Below are positions 10,580 to 20,539 of a stretch of DNA of 46,202 bases, piece after piece (the stretch's first letter is position 1; each line of letters starts with the position of its first letter). The translations under genes and the position numbers were made by a program. The stretch is taken from the NCBI GenBank assembly GCA_008369845.1, contig MRSU01005048.1:1-46202 (forward strand), written 5' to 3'. Under the pieces are notes generated by a model. That model searched no databases, had not been told where the DNA came from, and saw only the letters and a list, made by a program, of their open reading frames with translations. Source of the DNA: Trichomonas gallinae. Taxonomy: Eukaryota.

Positions 10580-12622
10580 ATGCTTTCGTTTTTCATCATT
10601 AGAGCTTTTAGCGAGGCATTTGCGATACAAAAACCAAATGATAATGAAGCTGCTTTTGATCTCAGTTTCTTTAACACTTCATCAGGTAAAGTTTCTGTTA
10701 CATATCAAAATAGAGGTTTTTTTGCTATGTTAAATGTCACTGATGAAGAAGGAAAAGTCACATCATCACTTTTGCGATTTAATAACAAAGATGAATTCAG
10801 ATTTAACGAACTTAACATTTCATGGTCTGGAAATTATGACTCTAAAACACAATTATTTACCATTATGTTTTCCATATACAACATTGGATTCTTCCCAAAG
10901 AAAATTGATCTCGGAATTTTCGCTGATTGCGGTTTTGATGATAATGATAACTCACCAATAACACTTTTACAAGATGGAAGAGGTTTCTATGTTTCCTCAG
11001 GTGATAAATATAAATATACAACATTCATTCGCGATTTTGGTAATTATCCAAATGTTGATACATTATTTATTGGAGACATGGCTGAGACAACAAACTATGA
11101 ACCAAGCTACTACCCGTATTTCAAGAATGCTACAGTCGATAGCACAACTGCTGATAGTGTTTTCGCGTTCTCATGGCAAAATAAGGAAATTAAAGGAGAA
11201 ACAAAACTCGATCTGGGCTTCACATTAGGTACAGGTGTCAACTTTAACACACCACCACGCGTTTTTGATGAGTCTGACATTCATGGCACACATTCTAAAG
11301 GAGATTCAGTTGAAATTAGGTGCAAAGTTGTAGATTATGATACTGCTGACACTGTCACGATGCATCTACAGATTGCTGATAAAGAACCAGAGTCAAAAGA
11401 GTTCAATCCAACTGAAAATAACAAAATTGATTATATCACAAAGACAATTAGTCTTGAGAAATCTGCTACACACTATAAATGCTGGGCCACTGACTCAAGG
11501 AATTTTGCTTCAAACGAAGTTAATGGTGTTATTTTTACTGATGGTGTTCCAAAACTTGAAATTCAGCAGCCAGAGAAAACAGAATACTTCCTACATGAGC
11601 GCATTTATGTCAACTGCACGCTCAACGATGACGCATCAGTCTACCTTAAGTACCAGTTCGATAATGGCTTAGTTTTCCAATTCGGCGAATTGCGTCAGAT
11701 TAATGGCGAAAAATCTCAAATTACATTAGACACACGCATTCCTTTACAGCTCAAGTATGACAAAGGCCATGTCCTTCACATCTGGCTGGAAGATGTTGAC
11801 GGTGGTGTTTCTTCAGTTCAAGATTTTTCATTCACTATTAAACCGCCGACTGCACCAGAGCTTTTATCTATATTTGCTTCTGATCCTGCTTACACTAAAG
11901 GCGATACTAGGATGGTTGTCTTTGGGCAAGTCACAGATAAAGACATCGGTCAGACAATGACTATATATGGCAGACCAGGTCCTGAGTATCCACGCACAGA
12001 ACTTGGCAGGCATGTCGTTAAACAGAATAACCCGCCATTCGCATTCCTTTACGACGTTCCTAATGAAGTTCCAGCTGGTCTTCACGACCTCATGTTTGAT
12101 GTCATCGATGACACAAACATCACAGGTAAGGGTAGATCAGTCAAAGTCAATGTCTGCGAACGTGGCACGGAATGCGAGGAACCACACAGTATTCCACCAA
12201 CTACACCTAACTCAACAAGTGCATCCACAAAGCAGCCATCGATCATCACTGTCGCGCCAACAGACAACGGCAGCGGACAAAAGAAGGAAGGCACTGGCAA
12301 GAATGGCAAGTCTAAGATGCCTGTCATCTGGATACTTACAGCACTCAACGTTATCGCAGTTATTATCATCCTTATAATGGGAGTCTTCTGGATACGCAAG
12401 AAGATGGCTGCTAATAATGAGCATACTGCAAAATTAGAGGAAGAAGATGTCGAAGAGACAAAAATGGATCACGACATTTCTGTGTCACAGACAGCGGATA
12501 ATCCTCTAAACTCCACTAGTGTACCACAGGACGACAGCGCCTTCATCTCTGATTACCATGAGGAAACAAACGTCGAAGTTTTCAGGTTCAATAATGACGA
12601 AGAAATTGATTATGGAATTTAA
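10580..12622 (+). CDS. Type I membrane surface protein with tandem Ig/cadherin-like (Bap-like) domains
   Basis: Short hydrophobic N-terminus, three ~100-aa beta-rich repeats with DxD motifs (VVDYD, LNDDA, VTDKD), a P/S/T-rich stalk, one TM helix (VIWILTALNVIAVIIILIMGVFWI) followed by RKK, and an acidic tail containing DNPL. Confidence 0.75.
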   Translation: MLSFFIIRAFSEAFAIQKPNDNEAAFDLSFFNTSSGKVSVTYQNRGFFAMLNVTDEEGKVTSSLLRFNNKDEFRFNELNISWSGNYDSKTQLFTIMFSIYNIGFFPKKIDLGIFADCGFDDNDNSPITLLQDGRGFYVSSGDKYKYTTFIRDFGNYPNVDTLFIGDMAETTNYEPSYYPYFKNATVDSTTADSVFAFSWQNKEIKGETKLDLGFTLGTGVNFNTPPRVFDESDIHGTHSKGDSVEIRCKVVDYDTADTVTMHLQIADKEPESKEFNPTENNKIDYITKTISLEKSATHYKCWATDSRNFASNEVNGVIFTDGVPKLEIQQPEKTEYFLHERIYVNCTLNDDASVYLKYQFDNGLVFQFGELRQINGEKSQITLDTRIPLQLKYDKGHVLHIWLEDVDGGVSSVQDFSFTIKPPTAPELLSIFASDPAYTKGDTRMVVFGQVTDKDIGQTMTIYGRPGPEYPRTELGRHVVKQNNPPFAFLYDVPNEVPAGLHDLMFDVIDDTNITGKGRSVKVNVCERGTECEEPHSIPPTTPNSTSASTKQPSIITVAPTDNGSGQKKEGTGKNGKSKMPVIWILTALNVIAVIIILIMGVFWIRKKMAANNEHTAKLEEEDVEETKMDHDISVSQTADNPLNSTSVPQDDSAFISDYHEETNVEVFRFNNDEEIDYGI

Positions 12623-12704
12623 ACATTGTTTTTAATCTCGCATTTGCATTCATTTATAGATATTTATGAAGCCATTTATTTCTAAACGGACGAATATCAA
12701 TGAT

Positions 12705-12770
12705 AATTCATAGTTTTCCAATAATAAGACATTCGAATTCATAGTTTTCCAATAATAAGACATTCGAATT
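12705..12770. repeat. Perfect 31-bp tandem duplication
   Basis: AATTCATAGTTTTCCAATAATAAGACATTCG at 12705-12735 and 12736-12766, plus AATT. Confidence 0.9.
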
Positions 12771-13291
12771 TGAAAAACTTTCGTAATATTAATTTAATGG
12801 ATCTGAATGGCGCATAAATGAAGTCTAGTATTCGTTTAAAATCTCTCTTTGGATTGAATTCTTTGTTTGTGTTGATAACAATTTGGCGCCATTTTGAATT
12901 ATGAATTTAATAGGATCAAAAATGTCTTGTTTGAATAGGCACACTATAGACTTTAATAATTTTTAATAACAAGGATGGTTGTGATTTTGGACAAGATCAT
13001 TATATTTAATTTGTCTAACTGGTTCTTTTTCGAATATTGGCGAGTCTTCTCTATGAATTTGCAAATTGTATGCCAATAAAAAAAAAACAACAAGCATTGG
13101 CAGTAATTTTGGCATTTGACTTGTAAAACATTCAATTCTATAAATATTGACACGTAATTATATAATTGCCACGTAAATTAAATTGAAAAGTTAATTGTTG
13201 TCAATTTAACTAAAATTTACCATGTAATCCAAATTATTGACATGTAAAATATATTTATTGGCAAATAATTTTATCGTCATGACCGAATTCA

Positions 13292-14422
13292 ATGTTTTTC
13301 GCTTTCATTTCATTCACTCTCTCAACAATATACTTTTGGGAGCCATTTGATAGCAAAGACTGGGAAAAACACTGGGTTAAAGGTCCTAAACCAAAAACAG
13401 GTAAACCTCTTGGCCGTTTCCAGATCAGCGCCGGATCATATGCTGTTAACAGAAAATTACAACGCGGTTTAATGGCTGTCGATGATGATCGCCAATATAT
13501 TATCTCATCAAAGTTCAATCAAGTCTTTAACACATCAGGAAAAGATTTGATTTTCCAATTCAACGTCAAAAGTGAAACAAAGATCGAGCTTGGTGCTACA
13601 AAAATGAAACTTTTCGGTGAAAGATTTAGACAAAACACATTTTCATCAAAAAGCGCTTATGAAATCTCATTCGGTCCTGATTTCAACGACTGGGATCGTT
13701 ATCATCTTGAAACAATCATTGTTCGCAATCGTACAGAATATGTTTCGACAAAACCAGTCCTCGCTTTCAGAGATCAGCTCACACACGTTTATACACTCGT
13801 TATTTTCGCAAATCAGACATATCAGATCAGAAAGGACAACTTCGTTGATATCGAGAACAAGCTTGAAGACGATTTCAACTACTGCCAGCCAGCTAAAATT
13901 GCAGATCCATTCGATGTTAAGCCATTTGACTGGGAAAACCATGATCAGATGGATGATCCTGATGATGTTCCACCAGATACATATAAGGATATTCCACGCT
14001 TCATCCCAGACATGACTGTTAAGAAACCAGCTGATTGGGATGAAAAGAGAAACGGTAAATGGGTCCAGCCACTTATTCCTAACCCAGAGTTTGTTTCTGA
14101 GTGGAAGCCAAGGAGAATAAAGAATCCAGCTTTCCGTGGTGACTGGAAAGCTCGCGAGATCGATAATCCAGACTATAATCCAGATTATGGATTCGGCAAG
14201 CCACAGAATCTCATGTATGTTGGTATCGATGTCACCATAGACAAGGCTCCAACAATCTGGGATAACATTTTAGTCACAGATTCGCTTGAAGAGCAAGAGA
14301 AGAAAGTTGAAGAGTTCTTCTTCTCATTCCAAGATGCGGAACGTGCTGCATACCAGAAGGCTAACGTCGATAAGAAGGTCGACAGCTCCAAGACAAGAAA
14401 CAAATTACCATCTGAATTATAA
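13292..14422 (+). CDS. Calreticulin-family protein (divergent)
   Basis: Signal peptide, IYFWEPF, FGPD, THVYTL, P-domain repeats (KPFDWE, KKPADWDE, GKWVQPLIPNPEF, GDWKAREIDNPDY), TIWDNILVTD, and C-terminal PSEL (KDEL-like). Confidence 0.9.
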   Translation: MFFAFISFTLSTIYFWEPFDSKDWEKHWVKGPKPKTGKPLGRFQISAGSYAVNRKLQRGLMAVDDDRQYIISSKFNQVFNTSGKDLIFQFNVKSETKIELGATKMKLFGERFRQNTFSSKSAYEISFGPDFNDWDRYHLETIIVRNRTEYVSTKPVLAFRDQLTHVYTLVIFANQTYQIRKDNFVDIENKLEDDFNYCQPAKIADPFDVKPFDWENHDQMDDPDDVPPDTYKDIPRFIPDMTVKKPADWDEKRNGKWVQPLIPNPEFVSEWKPRRIKNPAFRGDWKAREIDNPDYNPDYGFGKPQNLMYVGIDVTIDKAPTIWDNILVTDSLEEQEKKVEEFFFSFQDAERAAYQKANVDKKVDSSKTRNKLPSEL

Positions 14423-14784
14423 TTTGATATTCGCAGAAATATAGTTTTGTAAACGCCCACATTTATTATCATAATTCGCAGTCTACCAGAAATGATGTTT
14501 TTTGAAAAATTTATATATTGGCAAATTGTCATATTACCAAAAAATGCGTGAATTTTGACATGTAAATATTGTAATCGAAATCTTAATATTTTCGAATTCA
14601 ATCCACGATAGGGCATAATATACAACTGGTGCAGTAGTTTGTTTAGTTTAGAATCATGTACAAATGTAATGCTGATGATTTATCAGTAAAAATATAACTT
14701 TTTAAATTTATATATCTGACAAGAAAAATTATACATGTCAAAAATGCATTAAGGTTAATTCGTAAACATTTCAATAATTATTTA

Positions 14785-15354
14785 ATGGATTTTAAGTGGA
14801 CGCCGGAAGAATTAAGTTTTATAGCAGAGCAGGAAACATCAGTGAAAATCACTCCGAATTTCAATCTCAACAAAGTCAATTTCATATCAGGTTCTTTTGG
14901 ACCATTTCGTGCTGGTCATCAAATTAAAGTTCCACTTTGGCTTGCGTTACATTTAAACAAAAAAGATGCATGCACATTACATCCACCATCATGGCTTGGC
15001 GTTTCTACACTCAAACAATTATTAGCGCGCGAAAAAGAAAATAAAACTCAACTTGGACGTGTTCCTTCACATTACATTGAAGTAGCATTTGCTTTTTTCA
15101 ATAATGAACGAACAAATATCCCAGAACCAGATATGGTTAGATCGTTGATTGAAGATTTGTGGACATTTCGGGTTGAAAAAATACGTAATATTTATGAGCA
15201 AAATCTTTCTCAATTGGATGAACTATACGTAACATGTGAAAATATTACGAGAATGGAAGTTCATCTTTTCAGAGAGCCTGTTTCGGCTATTATGAATCTA
15301 TTCAATTCAATGTTCGCTGCTATGAAAGTTTTATCGGTTGAAGAAGAACAATAA
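14785..15354 (+). CDS. PSF2: GINS complex subunit Psf2
   Basis: PEELSFIAEQE.V.I.PNF, FGPFRAG..I.VPLWLA..L....C.L.PP.WL, VRSLIEDLW..R.EKI, ENITRMEV...R. Confidence 0.92.
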   Translation: MDFKWTPEELSFIAEQETSVKITPNFNLNKVNFISGSFGPFRAGHQIKVPLWLALHLNKKDACTLHPPSWLGVSTLKQLLAREKENKTQLGRVPSHYIEVAFAFFNNERTNIPEPDMVRSLIEDLWTFRVEKIRNIYEQNLSQLDELYVTCENITRMEVHLFREPVSAIMNLFNSMFAAMKVLSVEEEQ

Positions 15355-15845
15355 TTTTATGTTATTTAATAAATATAATATTTATGTTTGAAATCATCAC
15401 GAAATACACATTATTTTTACATACTTGCATTCCCAATACTCAAAAAAAAAAATCATATATTTCTTGAAAATAATATTTTTCTCAATGACCATATATATCA
15501 ATATATACATCAAAACTATGCATCTAGTAAACCACATAGCTTTGTTTTTTAATAACAGGATAGCAATGATATTTATATTAATCATTAAAAATTGTCTACA
15601 TTCGTCAATATTTAAAGTTTGGGCTTGGTGGATGATAATTAGTTTATTTTCAACTTGGATTTGATTGTAACTTTAAATTTTTTTGCATTCCAACAATTTT
15701 TTTATCAAATCATTACCGCGTCTTAGCAGTAGTGTGTGTAGTACATAACGATCTCAATGCAATAATGGTGGATCACGAAATAAAGTTAGATCACGATTTT
15801 TTAATTTGCCTAAAATTTTTTATCGTCAAATCATTATTTTTTTTT

Positions 15846-16886
15846 ATGTCGACAGATCCAACATTTGACGATTACGGCTTCCATCGCATATACGATGACG
15901 AGCATATGCAGATATACTACGAGAAAGTCACAAAACAAATCGCTGCTAATGACGCTGAGTGGTTTAAGTATTCGCAATCCAAAGGCGGTTCGCAGCAATT
16001 CAAATTAGACGATCCCAAGTTCAAGAAGTATGTAAGAGGTGGCATACCGAATGAATTGAGGCCTGCAGTCTGGGCCAAAATTACACGACTCTTCGAGAGA
16101 ATGGCAGAGAGTCCAGAAATATGGGAACTTGCTACAAAAAACTTTGAAGTTATCCCACATGAGATCAAAAGAACAATCGATGTTGATATTCCGCGAACAT
16201 TTCACGGCTGCCAGGCTTATACGCCAGAATCGCTCAAAACTGTACTTTACGCCTTCGCCGTTGTCCATCCTGAGATTGGATACTGCCAGGCATTGAACTT
16301 TGTCGCAGCTGTTTGTCTCGCAGTAATGAAAAATGACGAGCAGGCATTTTATTTGCTGCTCACAATTGTCGAAAAGTATTTACCGAAAGGATACTTCACA
16401 CCAGACATGAAAGATTATTTAACCGATCTTTGCATGATGAAAATTTTAATCAACGAAAGACAACCAGAAGTAGCTGAAATCGCGAAGGCTGCTGGCTACC
16501 AATGGGCACAAGCAACCAGTAACTGGCTTTTGACATTGTTTTCGAATACTCTTCCAATTACGACAGTTGTCAGAATTTGGGATTCATTCTTACTTGAAGG
16601 ACAGAAGGTCATCTTTAGAGTTGCCCTTGCGATTCTCAAGATAAATAACGATACACTTAAAGCTGCAGAGCCGAGATTTTTCACAAAGACACTGAAGACT
16701 GTGCAAGCCAACACTGTTGACCAGAATCAGCTTATGTCTGTTGCCTTCGGCCTCCGCGCCTTCTCAAGACAGCATTTGAAAGATCTCAGAGAAAGAGCTG
16801 TCAAACTCGTGGAAGAAAGCGGTCCTACTGTTGATGGACAGCCAATATCCGCATTTCATTCTTTCCTTGGACATCTTAATATATAA
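15846..16886 (+). CDS. TBC-domain Rab GTPase-activating protein
   Basis: VRGGIPNELRPAVW, IDVDIPRT (IxxDxxR finger), IGYCQALNF (YxQ finger), VVRIWDSFLLEG.KVIFRVAL. Start set at ATG 15846 after Inr TCATTA (15831). Confidence 0.92.
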   Translation: MSTDPTFDDYGFHRIYDDEHMQIYYEKVTKQIAANDAEWFKYSQSKGGSQQFKLDDPKFKKYVRGGIPNELRPAVWAKITRLFERMAESPEIWELATKNFEVIPHEIKRTIDVDIPRTFHGCQAYTPESLKTVLYAFAVVHPEIGYCQALNFVAAVCLAVMKNDEQAFYLLLTIVEKYLPKGYFTPDMKDYLTDLCMMKILINERQPEVAEIAKAAGYQWAQATSNWLLTLFSNTLPITTVVRIWDSFLLEGQKVIFRVALAILKINNDTLKAAEPRFFTKTLKTVQANTVDQNQLMSVAFGLRAFSRQHLKDLRERAVKLVEESGPTVDGQPISAFHSFLGHLNI

Positions 16887-16911
16887 TTATGTACATTTTG
16901 TAAATATTAAC

Positions 16912-17736
16912 TTATAACTGTTCTAATGATGGGCAATCAATATCAAGCGTAACTTTCACGTTCATGTCATCATCTTCGTGGTCTGAAACGTTAACAAAAA
17001 TATCATTTGTTACATAGAACTCTGGGTTATAGGAATCGACTGATGAGAATACCTGAATGATTTCCTTAGTGAAATTGCGTTCTAAAATTGAGTATATCGT
17101 AATTATTTCAGAATCAACTTGTTTTAATCGATTTGAAAGCTTATCGACGGTTTCTGTAAATTGAATTATACCATCTTGGTAAAGTCTGTGATGATTTTCA
17201 ACATTTTTGAGCAAATTTGTTAAAATATATTCGTCGCTGTATCTGCTGTGATGATTTTCGTATTCCTTTGAGAATTTTTGATGCATAAGGAAGTTTGTTT
17301 TGATGTCATTCCTCACGTTATATAAAACGCTTCCATCTGCATGAATTTGGGCAACAGGATATCTTAAATCTGTGAGAATTTTAATTTTTGCATATTGCTC
17401 AACAATTTGCTTCACTTTATCAGCGCATTCAAGGAATTTCTGTGAAGTTCCTCCTAATTCTGTTTCTGGTTTTTCATAAATCATCGTGAACATCAATGCA
17501 AGATTGTACTGGGACTCAGAGAATTTGATTAAACGCTTGCAAAGTTTGTTAATAGCATTGATTATTTGATTAGTTCTCTGCATAATATAAACAAATTTTT
17601 CATTTGTGCAAGTAAACTCTGGAGAAATATCAATGGGATCGATTCCAGTATCATCCATGATTACATCAACACCTGTCAAAATGTTTGCTTTGGCACTCGA
17701 CCAAAAATAAGTCGCGTTTTTGATGAAATTATCCAT
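16912..17736 (-). CDS. BAR/arfaptin-like coiled-coil protein
   Basis: 274-aa ORF made of long amphipathic helices following a 'PEF....EKF' segment. Family assignment tentative. Confidence 0.45.
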   Translation of the reverse strand: MDNFIKNATYFWSSAKANILTGVDVIMDDTGIDPIDISPEFTCTNEKFVYIMQRTNQIINAINKLCKRLIKFSESQYNLALMFTMIYEKPETELGGTSQKFLECADKVKQIVEQYAKIKILTDLRYPVAQIHADGSVLYNVRNDIKTNFLMHQKFSKEYENHHSRYSDEYILTNLLKNVENHHRLYQDGIIQFTETVDKLSNRLKQVDSEIITIYSILERNFTKEIIQVFSSVDSYNPEFYVTNDIFVNVSDHEDDDMNVKVTLDIDCPSLEQL

Positions 17737-17970
17737 TTTTTTTTTGATTATCGGGCAAAAGATTTAATTTGATGTCTCTCGAAATACTGGCTTTTTATCG
17801 TCCAAAAGAGTGTTCTGTGATGTATTGGCGCAAAAATCTTTGATTTTTGTTCATTTTCTATTTCGAAATTCTAAAAAATTTCCCATTTTTCAGTGCATAT
17901 ATTGGATTTATTATATGGTGAACTCATTAATCGATTTTAAATGAAAATTCAAAATTTTGACAAATAAAAC

Positions 17971-18024
17971 ATAAAATAATGACATGTAAAGTAGTTAATT
18001 TATATAAAATAATGACATGTAAAG
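17971..18024. repeat. 21-bp direct repeat carrying TGACATGTAAA in a divergent promoter
   Basis: ATAAAATAATGACATGTAAAG at 17971-17991 and 18004-18024. Confidence 0.85.
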
Positions 18025-18338
18025 CTACTAATGGTATTTAAATAAGGATGTTGCAGTGTAACACTCCCACATGTTTTGCGATACCCCAGGGGAAAAAATG
18101 GGTTTTCTGAATATTTTGATACAAAACTTAAAAATTGTTATTTTGAGGATTTTGAATGTTATAATATGATTTTCATATGATATAGTAATGTAATCTATGT
18201 GAATTTGGCTGAAATTAGCATATTTTTCAGATAACAATTTCATTTTGAACGGAAACAGAGAAAATATCAATATAAAATTTGATTTATATAATATAAGCAT
18301 AATAAATCATGTAGATTTTCGGAGAAATTTTTATTCTG

Positions 18339-19781
18339 ATGATAAACTACGGCGCTGATGACGAACCTGTTTATCAGCAGCAGACGAATTCCCGCCAACC
18401 TGATCAGAACTACGATGGTCACCGCTTTCGAAAGGCTATTAGCCGTCGTTGGTGTGACCATCGCCACGCATTTGAATTATATACTCAAGCACGTCCTTAC
18501 GGAGAATATGACGTATTCCCACAAAATGTAAACACGGGCTATAGAAATCTCTTGCCCTGTTTTTGCTACGATACTTGCGGTATAAATATTTGTGCAAAAT
18601 TTATTGCACACAAGAATAACAAATTCAGATCACCTACGAAAGCACTAGCATGGCAGCCAGACAGCCTTCGTGTTGTTGTAGGCGATGACAAAGGAAATAT
18701 TACATTATTTAATGGTCTCGCTTTCTCATACGAGTTTCATATTTCTACAAGTGAAAACCGTGATGCTGATAAAGGTATTTCTGACCTTATTTGGACACAT
18801 TCCGGAGATTTCTTGATTACAGTTGATAGCTACACGGATAAGAACCATGTGGACTATCCAACAGTCAAGATTTGGCAGTCTAATTACAATAATATAGAAA
18901 AAAGAGCCGTTCCCGTTAATAACAATATTAATCAATTATCAGTTTCACCGAATGACCGTAAGTTTGCCATGTGTTCCGCAGACTCCACAGTCAAGATATG
19001 GGATTTAGCCACTCTTACAGAAGAAGGCGTCTTCAATGGCCACGGTGAGCCAGTCAGAACAGTAGATTGGCATCCATCTCAAAGTTTAGTCTGTTCCGGC
19101 GGCAAAGATAGCTGCCTGAAGTTCTTCGACCCGCGTGAGAATAAGCCAATCAATGCTCTCACCGTCCACCGTAACGTTGTCACACGTGTCCACTGGAATC
19201 CGAACGGAAACCTCATCGCGTCGTGCGGAAGAGACTCCATGGTATATATCACGGACGTCAGAACTATGACTCCAATTTGCGAATGCAAGGGCCACGAAAA
19301 CGATGTCTTCGCTGTCAGGTGGCATCCAATCAGAGAAGATCTACTTGTGTCTGCAGGTTATAAGGGCGATATATTGTGGTGGACGACTGGATCAAACGAG
19401 CCAATCTACCAGAGAACGAAGGGACACAACAAAGCGATCTTCCAGCTCAAGTTCAATCCAATGGGCACTATTCTAGCTTCAACAGGACACGAAGGTGTCG
19501 TAAAGTTCTGGGTCAGGAATCAGCCTGGCACAAACATCCTCGAGTCTTACTCAGAGAACAACAAGAAGAGGGACATAGTACAGAAAAGAGATGTTGAGAA
19601 ATCTGACATTCCAGGCCTGAAAAGATATAACCCTCTGCACGGTCTGCCTGATGACGAAAATGAGCAAGAAGAAGAGCAGCCTGCCGGTGTCCTCGCGCAG
19701 CCATACCAGCCGCCACCGCAATCAGATGATTTCGATGAAGAATATTCTCAAGGAGAAGACTCTCAGGGAGACATGGACTGA
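18339..19781 (+). CDS. PFS2: Polyadenylation factor WDR33/Pfs2 (WD40)
   Basis: N-terminal YDGHRFRKAISRRWCDH and CAKF...NK.RSP..ALAWQPD..R.VVG...G.ITLFNGLAFSYE match WDR33/Pfs2 signatures. WD repeats include GHGEPVRTVDWHP and GHILA-type 'NPMGTILASTG..G.VKFWVRNQPG'. Confidence 0.88.
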   Translation: MINYGADDEPVYQQQTNSRQPDQNYDGHRFRKAISRRWCDHRHAFELYTQARPYGEYDVFPQNVNTGYRNLLPCFCYDTCGINICAKFIAHKNNKFRSPTKALAWQPDSLRVVVGDDKGNITLFNGLAFSYEFHISTSENRDADKGISDLIWTHSGDFLITVDSYTDKNHVDYPTVKIWQSNYNNIEKRAVPVNNNINQLSVSPNDRKFAMCSADSTVKIWDLATLTEEGVFNGHGEPVRTVDWHPSQSLVCSGGKDSCLKFFDPRENKPINALTVHRNVVTRVHWNPNGNLIASCGRDSMVYITDVRTMTPICECKGHENDVFAVRWHPIREDLLVSAGYKGDILWWTTGSNEPIYQRTKGHNKAIFQLKFNPMGTILASTGHEGVVKFWVRNQPGTNILESYSENNKKRDIVQKRDVEKSDIPGLKRYNPLHGLPDDENEQEEEQPAGVLAQPYQPPPQSDDFDEEYSQGEDSQGDMD

Positions 19782-20060
19782 TATTTTTTATTTTTAGATA
19801 TAAAGTTTTTATTTTTTGCTTTTGTTGACAATTAATTGTGTTTTTCGAGGATAAACCAAATTTCTACTTTTTCTGCCTCTTCTGCATGGTTTTAAATATC
19901 ACAGACGCACCATGAATAAAAAATTATTTAGTATACGTAGGAATTCGAAAATCTTTATTCAAAATTCTTGATATATCACGCTTTATAAAATAATATATAA
20001 CAAAATTAATACAAATAGACGAGGTCGATAATAATATCGAAATTTATAAAAGTGGAGAAA

Positions 20061-20249
20061 TTATGTTGGTCAGAAAGGCTTCTCATCCCATGTCCATTGT
20101 CCTCATGATTAGGTTCATATGAGAGTGAACAAATTTTGACGATCCATTGGGGAGCTGGATCTACTTTTTGGGGTCCGAACCCCAAAAAAGCAATCTCAAA
20201 AAAAGTCATCCCTTTTTTTCAAAAGCCACCCCTTATAGCATCAACATGG
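20061..20249. other. GC-enriched intergenic island with multiple inverted repeats (candidate structured RNA or transposon end)
   Basis: Four adjacent hairpins enclosed by a 10-bp terminal stem. Details in findings. Confidence 0.4.
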
Positions 20250-20539
20250 CGCTCATAATAAAGTTAAAATTTTCCTCAAAAACATAGACGAGAATTTCCA
20301 TTAAAATATTGACATGTAAAGTGATATATTTGACATGTAAATATTTTAGATGTCAAATTTTGAAATATAGTTGAAAGTTGAAAAATATAAGTTCATTAGA
20401 ATATAACAAGAAAGTTTTACATTTTGAGCAATAAAAAGTGACATCAATTATTTCAATTATTATGAAAAAGATAATAGAAATAAAAATCAATCTTATTTTT
20501 CAAAAAAATTCAGATTTTTTAAAAAAAATTACAAAATTC

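Noticed and set aside
12705..12770. 31-bp direct repeat (also the 22-bp repeat at 3519 and the 21-bp repeat at 17971) as CRISPR-like
   Set aside because: Two copies only, no unique spacers, no cas genes. Simple local duplications.
20006..20209. 67-aa minus-strand ORF over the hairpin island
   Set aside because: No recognisable motif or codon bias, and no Inr context.
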